Positions 38,701-46,899 of a stretch of 60,514 nt of DNA are shown here, piece after piece. The position numbers and the translations under genes were made by a program. This DNA comes from a virus (lineage: Duplodnaviria > Caudoviricetes). Below the pieces are notes generated by a model. It did no database searches. It saw nothing but the letters and a program-made list of their open reading frames with translations, and was not told the origin of the DNA. Position 1 is the first letter of the stretch. Each line of letters starts with the position of its first letter. Location of the stretch: the IMG/VR virus record IMGVR_UViG_3300042890_002482, positions 1 through 60,514 of that record; one strand, written 5' to 3'.

Positions 38701-39345
38701 GGATATAGGGTGGGTGTTACTGGTCCCGATGCACTTCCGATTGATGCTTCTTCTACCGATACATCCTTCACTGCATTTATCCCTCAGTATTTACCGGGGA
38801 CCGGAATAGATCTAGGAGACATTATTTCTAGAGCTGGATCTGGATCTTGGGTATGGGCAGACGTTCACGAAGCATATGGAGATCTAGTGGTCCCGATGCT
38901 TTCTACGGTCTTCTTTAGCAACTATGCTTCTCAGATTTTTGGAAAACAAAACAACCAGTGGGTTCTGACCGACGAGTCGAGCAAGACGACAATTCTGGAC
39001 GTTAAATCCATCCCCTACTTTATCTACACATTTACCGAGGCTGGATATTATTCTATCCAGAATATAGTTCAGGATGCTGCAGGAAACGTCTATCAGATTT
39101 CTAAACCGGCTTTCATCAAGGTTATTAATCAGTCTATTCCGACTGCATCTGATCCTAATCCTGAGTTTGTCAATTCGGTAGACTATGGATACCCTCCATT
39201 AACTCCTCTGGACGGGAATGTTTCTTATAGACTAAGCCAGGATCTAATCCAGCAACAAGGACAAATCTTAAAATCTATGGAAGAACCATTCGGCTCAGGC
39301 CTGATCTTAAGAGATGATCCTTATGGTACCTTTAGCGGTAATTAG
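35734..39345 (+). CDS. Beta-propeller (Reg_prop-like repeats) virion protein, candidate receptor-binding protein
   Basis: Repeats NTSLPSDVIYSLDFDENGNLWIGTDAGL, NSSLPSDDVISI, NSVVP; PKD-like C-terminal YTFTEAGYYSI. Confidence 0.72.
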   Translation: MASTTGYINGTALDGFNNVWAVGRDLTKFDGSIWSYYDSTNSVVPGNNPYYLDTRSISIDEDSVKWVGCAFTPSLPTPLIFSAAGPFAATGASWTSLEVTGATGQSLDVPTIYASPFGEQVLAFVSPLNGGAGTGPAGVYGVTGGSLYVFDKTYLTWTQPAEGFTWPHIYDIKAKGIEGVTFDYYIATQYGVYIIPDGTLRVSTLEGGETYIDQAQIWNSKNTSLPSDVIYSLDFDENGNLWIGTDAGLVYWDQNKFYVWDTTNLPTLANNEITFVQSRPNGHVFFAAGDSNTGSGTGLYHFNGDTLTLYDTSNSSLPSDDVISIMLTETKSVNSGLKIYPNDIFVASGNYVGLFDYVIPHVYASSKYAGTTGWNFVYYTPTTEALPTDEAELPKANKYTWTYPSWRTYQNDYLQYKHPGLDPRNLFLEANLKAIADGRAGKQDYWNLSEIPNFDSIQLAQSLQDSSWVDGVTGGVTKTTSVSYIDGKYAVGGYTSLDTAYFGLRNNLTPLTLTNPNPTLSSYTRSGQKVGYVAYYNEAGQVQDVLPIRGYETEVWDIQTSVDQKSLYVLGAYKGYVEAGKLIWSSTYPGAAGLTGGPTGGPIGFSNIQTPGITGSPYLYPWIYDGTGALPATGPYIPATGPVDTSAQGIFLMEIEKNIGSQASYGGIDFGSAGDFETSYRLKKFRSFPAASSSYDPNSSSTTVDTELYEKTLSLAVSNYEVDIVGTLKGGISTYSDGWERGLDNPSTSEFLFSSWNSSSYLKSGFWISIGTEFELLKSKVTSGTGGNVIFNSVQKDQGTLTYLITGTSDSYGFSFLGSGLTGGTTGSTGPLYMVANYSGSLSSYNFIQTNSAPINPEQGIDSGYRDGKYYWATFYSGTASFGSYTASQNPDYNGYSVLTAELTPSESTVKLHSSKVLPVDLNITSIGLDDIDVGKAGQKYYSIFTEGGTATNYIWKVNPSGGLNGSIGVPGTGHMRLGLDLEDNLLIGGYRVGVTGPDALPIDASSTDTSFTAFIPQYLPGTGIDLGDIISRAGSGSWVWADVHEAYGDLVVPMLSTVFFSNYASQIFGKQNNQWVLTDESSKTTILDVKSIPYFIYTFTEAGYYSIQNIVQDAAGNVYQISKPAFIKVINQSIPTASDPNPEFVNSVDYGYPPLTPLDGNVSYRLSQDLIQQQGQILKSMEEPFGSGLILRDDPYGTFSGN

Positions 39346-40034
39346 GATTCGTATTCTCTGTAAATTTCTAGGATTTGAGGAACTATCTTGTTCCTGTGGT
39401 TCTTTAGTAGAGTGATGACCTTTACCCCTTCGACTCTAGATTCTAGGGTCTTGAAGAAATCAATCCCAGATTCTTTTTTGGTCTTTAGATCTATCTGGGA
39501 TGTGTCCCCACAGAATATCATCTTTGAGTTGATTCCAAGTCTTCCAACGATCATCTCGGTCTGCCTGTGGCTGACGTTTTGACACTCGTCGACAATAACG
39601 ACCGAATCGATAAAAGTTCTTCCCCTAACAAACGAGAAAGGAAGAATTTCGATGGACTGATTCTCCACCATCTTATCAATGTGCTCCTTGTTGTACAACA
39701 TGTACAAGTTTGCATAGATTGGAGCTAACCACGGATCCATCTTGGCCTTCATGTCTCCAGGAAGAAATCCAATAGGGTCTGCTGCCTCAACGACAGGTCT
39801 CGTGATGATAATTTTTTCTATCTGCCTGGTAAAGTATAGATCCAGAGCTACCTGACAAGCAAGTAGGGTTTTTCCTGATCCAGCTTGGCCCCTCAGAAGA
39901 GTAACCGTGTTTTTGAGAATTTCGGACTTTGCTGCCTTTTGTTCCTCGTTTAAGGACATTGCAAACTTGATTTCCCCTTTGGGTCTTCTTTTGTCCGTGT
40001 TCCTTGTTTTTTCACTCAGTATGTTTTGGTCCAT
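39342..40034 (-). CDS. phoH: PhoH-like ATPase
   Basis: GQAGSGKT, IIITRP, IGFLPGD, RGRTF, VIVDECQN, GDTSQID, HRN. Confidence 0.95.
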   Translation of the reverse strand: MDQNILSEKTRNTDKRRPKGEIKFAMSLNEEQKAAKSEILKNTVTLLRGQAGSGKTLLACQVALDLYFTRQIEKIIITRPVVEAADPIGFLPGDMKAKMDPWLAPIYANLYMLYNKEHIDKMVENQSIEILPFSFVRGRTFIDSVVIVDECQNVSHRQTEMIVGRLGINSKMIFCGDTSQIDLKTKKESGIDFFKTLESRVEGVKVITLLKNHRNKIVPQILEIYREYES

Positions 40035-40050
40035 GTTTTATAACTCTCTC

Positions 40051-40059
40051 TATATATTT
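40051..40059 (-). promoter_or_regulatory. Putative late promoter motif AAATATATA (minus strand) for phoH
   Basis: 16 nt upstream of the phoH ATG. Confidence 0.45.
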
Positions 40060-40103
40060 ACTAAGTTCTCGGAATAATAATTTTTAGTCTCGTTTCGACC
40101 ATT

Positions 40104-40111
40104 GATATATA
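40104..40111 (+). promoter_or_regulatory. Putative late promoter motif GATATATA
   Basis: Upstream of the operon starting at 40156. Confidence 0.6.
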
Positions 40112-40155
40112 AGAAAGATAAAATATACTAGTAGAAAACAAATAAATCAAAAAAA

Positions 40156-41052
40156 ATGGCAACAGTAACCACAACAACAATTTTAGGATCTGATTCTATA
40201 TCAGCTTCGAGAATAACCATCAATTCTAACTTCTTAATTCTGGACAACTGGATTAATGGATATGTTAGTACTTTTGGAATCGATACCGTTAATGGTATTC
40301 TAAATCTTTCATCAGCTACTACCGGATCTATCTCGGCTAAAACCGGATATTTTGACCAAATTCAGGTTCCTTCGACTGGTACTTTCAAAGCAAGAATTCT
40401 AGCAAGTGGAGCAGGCTCTTTTCAGGATATTCAAACCACTACATTCACGTCTAGCGGTCTGACTACAATTTCTGGATCCTTAGTTCAAAACGGAGCTTCT
40501 ACCTTTGGTGCTACTGCTGCTTTTAACGGCGGAATGAGTCTAAATGGGAGAACGACAGTTGGACCATTTGGAAATTTCGTTAGCACCAATACGACAGTTC
40601 CTGTAGGAGCTACTGCAGGAACTACCTTCCCTACTTCTGATACCTCAGGTGGTGGAGGAGTTTATACCTCGATCGATGCACCTTATTCAATCACAGGACT
40701 AGAAGATGTTATTTATGCAAACTGCGGCCCTACTGGATTCTACCTATCTGTTGTTGGTGGAAGTGGTGGAACAGCAGCGAATATTCCTGCCGGATACAGA
40801 ATTAGAGTTGTCAACACAAGCGGATCTACTGGATACATTTATACCGGTGTTCAAGGATCTTCTACGACTTACTATACAGGATTTAATACCAGCACCAGCT
40901 ACGGAAACTATGCGACAGGTGGGATTGTGGTTGCACAGAATAGCCAGTATCAAGCTTCTCTACATCTTCAGTGGGAGCCTAGAATTGCACAGGGACAGAC
41001 CACTCAGGCTGGATCTTGGATAGTTCTTTCTGGAACAAACGTAACCATCTAA
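40156..41052 (+). CDS. Short tail fibre/baseplate appendage protein
   Basis: N-terminal ILGSDSISASRITINSNF (gp9/gp10-like anchor); T/G/S-rich beta repeats. Confidence 0.6.
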   Translation: MATVTTTTILGSDSISASRITINSNFLILDNWINGYVSTFGIDTVNGILNLSSATTGSISAKTGYFDQIQVPSTGTFKARILASGAGSFQDIQTTTFTSSGLTTISGSLVQNGASTFGATAAFNGGMSLNGRTTVGPFGNFVSTNTTVPVGATAGTTFPTSDTSGGGGVYTSIDAPYSITGLEDVIYANCGPTGFYLSVVGGSGGTAANIPAGYRIRVVNTSGSTGYIYTGVQGSSTTYYTGFNTSTSYGNYATGGIVVAQNSQYQASLHLQWEPRIAQGQTTQAGSWIVLSGTNVTI

Positions 41053-41070
41053 AATTAAAAAAAGCTATAC

Positions 41071-43269
41071 ATGGCTACAACCCCTTTCATAAGGCCTCTC
41101 CAGGTACAGGGCGGAACATTCTATTCCTTCTCCTCTTCTGCTGAAGATCTGTCTTTTACATTCAACAATTCGATCAACAAATTTAAGTTTTCTAAATTTG
41201 CTCTTCTGAATATTCCTCCGATCAATAACGGGGATCCACTAGGAAACTCACTGAAGCTAAATGCTCCGGATAGTGCATTCCTGGATTATGCTACTAATGC
41301 TGGCCAGATCATCACAGGGAACGCAAACGTCGATTTTTCTCAGAGCTTTCAGAGCTACTGTTTAAACTTGGAATCTACCATTTTAAGTGCTTCCGACTAC
41401 AATTCCGATATCAAGCAGACTGTAGCCGAAAGGGTATTTTTTAAATGGTTGAAAGAAATTGGGGGAATTAGATATCAACAGGCTAGTTCTACTCAGGTTT
41501 CTTCCCTTCTAAATCAGACCCAAGTCCCAGTAATGGTGGAGGGTCTTCCAACCAACCAGATTAGGTGGGTGGAAGGTGATCCTACCGGGGGAACTGGATC
41601 TTTCGGACTTACCGGTGCAACTTACAATAGGGTTGTTCAGTATATCGGAAATCTTGATATTGTTAACTCAGTAAAGAATAATAACAACACCTATTCGGAG
41701 GTTTATGTTTACGTACCGACTAAAGACGGAAACACTCCGACCGTTCTATTTAAGAACGATCTGGACGTAAACTACTATCCCGATTATGCATGGACCAATA
41801 ATCCAGCAGATCCGTTGAATGACGACTATCTTCAGGGGAGAGCATATGATGAATTAAATCCCAGCGGACTTACAAATTTAGCAATCTTTGATGATGCTGT
41901 AATCGGTGCACCTTCTGCCACGTATTCCCAGACTTCAAACGGTGGTACCGGAACAGGAAACTGGTATGAACCAAGAGCTACCGCAACAACATACTTCTCT
42001 GATTCTACTTTTACTGATCCTACCGCATTAATCCTAACCAAGACGTACGACTCTGCTACTCAGACCTACGTGAGAACTAAGCTGGACTCGGTTGGGATTG
42101 ACTTCGATCCGGATTCGTATCAGCAAATCGTTTCTGATCCTGCTATTTCTACAATCGAAGAATTCAACTCAACTTCTGCAGCGGAAGATTTTGATTTTAA
42201 CTGCGTTCTGATCTACTATGATGTTTACGATCCAGCAAATCCAATCGACTCTGCTACCAACCTCTACGGTGTTCTCTTCTTGGACGACGTTCAACTTGCA
42301 GGTGCTAGCATCTACTCGATTCCGGTTCTAAAGAAGTACAAGCCGAACATTGTTACCAAATTAAATGGTAACTCATATGGATTTAAGATCAATCTTAAAT
42401 TTGACGTAGACATAGATCAGACCGGAGTAGAACAAGCGATTAACGACTATTCTCCTTTCTCTCTGTCCATGTTTATGGACTCGATGAACGTTCTACAGGA
42501 CGCAAGCTCTACTCTTAATAACACAGCATCTATCTATGCAAGTTTAGAGCAGAGAGTTGCAAGTTTGGAAAATCTAACCCTCACCTCAAATACCATATTT
42601 AACCTGAATAAGAGGATTGATTCCCTAGAGAGTGCATTTGCAGCCAACCAAGCAATCTTCAACAACACTCAGGCAATCATGGGTCTGATCAATCAGAACT
42701 ATGAACTGGTTAGAGCCCTAGTCAACGGGGAAACTAGCGTTGAGATCTCCTATAACCTAGATCTAATCAAGCAGGGACCTGGAATTATCGTAGATAGAAG
42801 TATACCAAATCAGCTAATCATTGCCAACGATAATCAAGATTATAACATCGGAGCCCAAGGAGGAACTGTAACTCTTTCTACAACTTCTAATAACGTTATT
42901 GAACTTAGACCCTACGGAAACTATACCAAGCACGTTAATAATGGTATTCCAATCACCCTCACCTCGGATTTGACCGTCAGACTGAACGACACGAACATCA
43001 AATGGAGAAGAGGGCAAGTTTATAGATTCTCTTTTGGAGATCAAATCTACCCCGGAGACTACAATGTTTCTTTCCTAACTGATGCAACAGGATCTTATCC
43101 AATAACAGCACCTTCTGGTGTTCCTTATGGAACTCTGATAGTTTCCCTAACCGAAGGAGAATTTGCTTCACAGGACTATATGCCAGTAATTGACATTGTT
43201 TGCATCAATTCTGAAAACTTAACCTTCCAGGTTGATATGATAGGTAGTAGTTTGACAAATAACTCTTAA
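41071..43269 (+). CDS. Structural protein (tail/baseplate region) with internal coiled coil
   Basis: 732 aa in the structural operon; heptads LEQRVASLE...LNKRIDSLE. Confidence 0.6.
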   Translation: MATTPFIRPLQVQGGTFYSFSSSAEDLSFTFNNSINKFKFSKFALLNIPPINNGDPLGNSLKLNAPDSAFLDYATNAGQIITGNANVDFSQSFQSYCLNLESTILSASDYNSDIKQTVAERVFFKWLKEIGGIRYQQASSTQVSSLLNQTQVPVMVEGLPTNQIRWVEGDPTGGTGSFGLTGATYNRVVQYIGNLDIVNSVKNNNNTYSEVYVYVPTKDGNTPTVLFKNDLDVNYYPDYAWTNNPADPLNDDYLQGRAYDELNPSGLTNLAIFDDAVIGAPSATYSQTSNGGTGTGNWYEPRATATTYFSDSTFTDPTALILTKTYDSATQTYVRTKLDSVGIDFDPDSYQQIVSDPAISTIEEFNSTSAAEDFDFNCVLIYYDVYDPANPIDSATNLYGVLFLDDVQLAGASIYSIPVLKKYKPNIVTKLNGNSYGFKINLKFDVDIDQTGVEQAINDYSPFSLSMFMDSMNVLQDASSTLNNTASIYASLEQRVASLENLTLTSNTIFNLNKRIDSLESAFAANQAIFNNTQAIMGLINQNYELVRALVNGETSVEISYNLDLIKQGPGIIVDRSIPNQLIIANDNQDYNIGAQGGTVTLSTTSNNVIELRPYGNYTKHVNNGIPITLTSDLTVRLNDTNIKWRRGQVYRFSFGDQIYPGDYNVSFLTDATGSYPITAPSGVPYGTLIVSLTEGEFASQDYMPVIDIVCINSENLTFQVDMIGSSLTNNS

Positions 43270-43285
43270 AATTGCAAAGTAAAAA

Positions 43286-46200
43286 ATGTATACACAAAAT
43301 TCGATAAGTTCGCTAGTAGCCCAGTTTCTAAGACTTCAAAAGAATGCCTTGGAAATTATCAATGGACTGAATCAGGTTGCAACATCAACCAACGATACTG
43401 TTGAAATCCAGCTCCTTGACGAGTTCGGATTCCCAACTACCTCTAGTATTCCTGCATACGGATATCTAAGAAGTCAAATCCAAAGACTAGATAGCAACAT
43501 AGAAGCTCTGGCAGGCCTAGGCCAAAATTTCTCGACCATCAAGAACCCGGACGGAACTTTCTCTCAGATTTACAAAGCAGAACCACTAAGGGATCCTTTA
43601 CCCTTGATCGGACTTCCTGTACCTAGTACATTTGCAACTAGAGACAACTGGTTTTTTGAAAGTTTCCTCTCTCCACTTCTTTATATCAATGTAGACGTTA
43701 CCGGGCAAATCCCCGACTCTGCAGATAGAATTTTAGTTAAGAGAATTATCGCAAACACAACAACGGATGCTCAGCAGATCTTTTTTGACCAGAACCTAAA
43801 GGGAAGAAATGATATTACGGAGACCCAGTTTATCGACCAGTTAACCCAGGCAGGAATTGGGTATTTTGTAGACGAGGATACGATTCCACTTCCTCTCAGA
43901 TCTCTAAGATATGTTGGAAATTTTAGTGTACTGAGTATTTTTGATGACATCGTTTCTACAACAGATGCAAACAATCAGACTGTCCAAGAGACAAGAAGAA
44001 ACTACAGACTAAACGGTCTTAATTATACCGACACAAGCTCAAATATTCTGAATGGAAAAACTCTAGCAGTTAATGACTATCTTCTAACTAGAGACGGATC
44101 TACTTACCAGATAGTTTCTGTGAATGTCGATCAGACTACGGTTCAGCTAAAGAGAGTTTCTGGGTACCAGCCAGTCCAAATCGGGCCGGATACACTTTCT
44201 TTTTCTAGTGGACAACTTGGAACTAGATACATCCAGGTAAATGTTGGTTATAACGAGAGACAGGGTATCTTCTTCAAGAAGATCGACGACAACTATAATA
44301 TAGTTGCTACCACATGGTCTACTGGAATAACCTTCTACAGCAACGAGCTAAGAATCAATACAACTTCTGGAGTTCAAACTCTAGAGCAGTTCTATCTAAA
44401 TTCTGTTGCAGATATAGGACAAATGTTCCTTAGTGCTGCAAAAGAAAAGAAAGTTCCTGCCTTCGATGGCCTTGTACCAAACACTCCTGCTCTAGCGGAC
44501 ACAAACTTTAAAGTTGTCCAGGTTAATACCCAACTAACCGCTGGAACCTCGGTTCAGACCCTGAACGATAAAGTTGCAGCAAAGACTGCTCTTCAATCCG
44601 AAATCAACCAGCTGGACATTGCGATTGCAAATGCTAAATCTAGATCAAATTCAGTTTCTAGCACTACGACGTCGACACAGACTATTACCGCTTCTAACTT
44701 TTCTAATTCTAGCACAGTTGCTAGTTCAGATAGTATTCTTGCCCAGATCGACAGCTTGACAAGTCAAAGGGTCCAGAAACAGCAGCTTCTGTCTTCTCTG
44801 GTTCAGGATATTAGTACATTGAGTCAGACTACCCCCGGAATCTACGAAGCACCAAAATATAGAGTTAGGGGATTTTGGGCAATTCCAGAACCGACAATTA
44901 GCCTAAAAACTGGACCACAGCAGGTAATTCAGTTCTCGATCCAATACCGATACCTGAGTGATTCTGGTTCTGCTAATCCCATCCAACAGGTGGACTTCAT
45001 TGACAACAATGGACAGACCAAGACTGGTGCATTTAGCAACTGGGTTGAAGTCCTGACTGACATTAGAAAGAAGGTTTTCGACCCCAACACAGGAACCTAC
45101 GTTTGGGCCCCAGAGGTAACTGCAGATGCAGACGTTCCTAACATCAACCAGCTAGATATCCCTATCACTAGGGGGGAAAAAGTCGAGATCAGGATTAAAT
45201 CCATCTCCGAAGCCGGATGGCCAGAAAATCCCCAAATGTCGGATTATTCTACTCCAGTTATAATTTCTTTCCCCGCAGATCTTACCGTTCAGTCTCAGGC
45301 TTCCGACGTCAATAATAATTTGACGGATGCAGCAGTTTTGGCTATCCAACAGGATCTCCAATCCAAAGGAATCGACGGGCTTCTAAGCAAGCAATTTACC
45401 TACGGGTCTAGTGTGTATTATCTCGATGCTGCTTCTGTTGCGAGCGGATTTGTCAGCCCAAATGGCCAGCCCCTGGATCTATTTCAAAAAATAAGTGAAC
45501 TTCAGGATCAGATCAATTCCCTTCAGGCAGTTGTTGAGAAAGCAGTTGGGACCTTGGAAGTTTACATCGTTCTCCCCGACGGATCTACAAAAAAGATGTC
45601 CGGTGGATCAACATTTGAACTTGCCCCTGTTGTATATAATCAGATTTTCCCAAATCCAACCACATCGGATGCAGGAAAAATCTCTTCTACTATCTACTCA
45701 GTCCAGATCGTAAATTCTTCTGCGGGACTTCTTGAACTTTCTAGTTCACTCCCCGGAGGACTTAATACCCTTGCCGGATCTAGCAGCACATATTCTCTTC
45801 CTGACGGGTACGTTGAGAATCTAAGGTACGGTGAGATTTCAATTTCTGTGACCTCACTGAGCCCTTCTAGCATTAGACCAGTCGGATCTCCGGTTGCTAC
45901 GATCAATTCATTTCAACTTCTCCAGCAGGCCCCACCTTATATGTCTGCAAACGAGAACGGACAATTCATCTACCCGAGATGGAAGAGCGTCGGTTTAGAT
46001 TCAAGCTACTATACTGCAGCAGTAACCCCTTCCGGGTCTTATACCTATCAAGGTGACTCTAACGGAAATCCTCTAAACGGAAGCGCAGTTCTTCCTTTTG
46101 AACCTTCGACTACAGCCCCAACCTACCCCAATGGAGGACTGAATGGATCAGTCTGGAACGGAGGTCTAACCGGATCTACTGGATCTTATACCGGTCTAGG

Positions 46201-46876
46201 AAACGGATACCTTGCAGAATTCTGCATTAGCAAAAATCACCCTGCTCTAGCAAACGGGGATCCAAACTCGGCTACGTCTGTCTTTACACAGTTGGTAAAA
46301 CCAGACTTCTCAAACGGAACCGTGGTTTACCCCTACTTTAGACACTCAGATTACTTCTACGTGGACACGACCTCCACTAACTTTGCTACCCAGCTAGGGT
46401 ATTCTTTGATCACTTCCACCTTTGCAACCGGTCCAACCGCATCTAGATCTGATGCAATGTACCCAAATAAACTTGGTTACACTCAGAATGACCAATACCT
46501 GATTGGGAAATACACGTGCGGAGCCTATCTTTTCGTAGGACCCCCAACAGCTTCCCTGATACAGGTAGAGGGATCTACCGCTCTAGCTAGCAGATATGTT
46601 CAACAGGGGGTAGCAAACGCAATTAACGTTCCTTTGATATTCCAATTTAGAGCAACAGATGCTCTGGGATACATCGGAGGGTATAGACTTTCTGGAAACC
46701 CAAGCAATATAGTTTATCAGAAAAAAATAGGAATAGACATACAAGTTAGAAATAGCGCACCCTTCTCGTTCGACCTAGTAGCTACCGGATCTTACAAGCA
46801 GGCAACCCTTTCGGGATATGGACTAGGTGGAACACAGACCCAGTCCGGACAGCTAGGAAATAGCGGAGTGTTCTAA
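43286..46876 (+). CDS. Large structural protein with coiled-coil and FN3/Ig-like segments
   Basis: 1196 aa; two coiled-coil stretches; KVEIRIKSISEAGWP...SDYS is FN3-like. Confidence 0.6.
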   Translation: MYTQNSISSLVAQFLRLQKNALEIINGLNQVATSTNDTVEIQLLDEFGFPTTSSIPAYGYLRSQIQRLDSNIEALAGLGQNFSTIKNPDGTFSQIYKAEPLRDPLPLIGLPVPSTFATRDNWFFESFLSPLLYINVDVTGQIPDSADRILVKRIIANTTTDAQQIFFDQNLKGRNDITETQFIDQLTQAGIGYFVDEDTIPLPLRSLRYVGNFSVLSIFDDIVSTTDANNQTVQETRRNYRLNGLNYTDTSSNILNGKTLAVNDYLLTRDGSTYQIVSVNVDQTTVQLKRVSGYQPVQIGPDTLSFSSGQLGTRYIQVNVGYNERQGIFFKKIDDNYNIVATTWSTGITFYSNELRINTTSGVQTLEQFYLNSVADIGQMFLSAAKEKKVPAFDGLVPNTPALADTNFKVVQVNTQLTAGTSVQTLNDKVAAKTALQSEINQLDIAIANAKSRSNSVSSTTTSTQTITASNFSNSSTVASSDSILAQIDSLTSQRVQKQQLLSSLVQDISTLSQTTPGIYEAPKYRVRGFWAIPEPTISLKTGPQQVIQFSIQYRYLSDSGSANPIQQVDFIDNNGQTKTGAFSNWVEVLTDIRKKVFDPNTGTYVWAPEVTADADVPNINQLDIPITRGEKVEIRIKSISEAGWPENPQMSDYSTPVIISFPADLTVQSQASDVNNNLTDAAVLAIQQDLQSKGIDGLLSKQFTYGSSVYYLDAASVASGFVSPNGQPLDLFQKISELQDQINSLQAVVEKAVGTLEVYIVLPDGSTKKMSGGSTFELAPVVYNQIFPNPTTSDAGKISSTIYSVQIVNSSAGLLELSSSLPGGLNTLAGSSSTYSLPDGYVENLRYGEISISVTSLSPSSIRPVGSPVATINSFQLLQQAPPYMSANENGQFIYPRWKSVGLDSSYYTAAVTPSGSYTYQGDSNGNPLNGSAVLPFEPSTTAPTYPNGGLNGSVWNGGLTGSTGSYTGLGNGYLAEFCISKNHPALANGDPNSATSVFTQLVKPDFSNGTVVYPYFRHSDYFYVDTTSTNFATQLGYSLITSTFATGPTASRSDAMYPNKLGYTQNDQYLIGKYTCGAYLFVGPPTASLIQVEGSTALASRYVQQGVANAINVPLIFQFRATDALGYIGGYRLSGNPSNIVYQKKIGIDIQVRNSAPFSFDLVATGSYKQATLSGYGLGGTQTQSGQLGNSGVF

Positions 46877-46899
46877 TCCTGAAAGGAGTTTTTAAAAAA

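Noticed and set aside
46877-46899. AAAGGAG as an SD site, or TCCT-GAA-AGGA plus T-tract as a terminator, before the 1976-aa gene
   Set aside because: Single instance with 11-nt spacing and only a 4-bp stem; too weak to call either.
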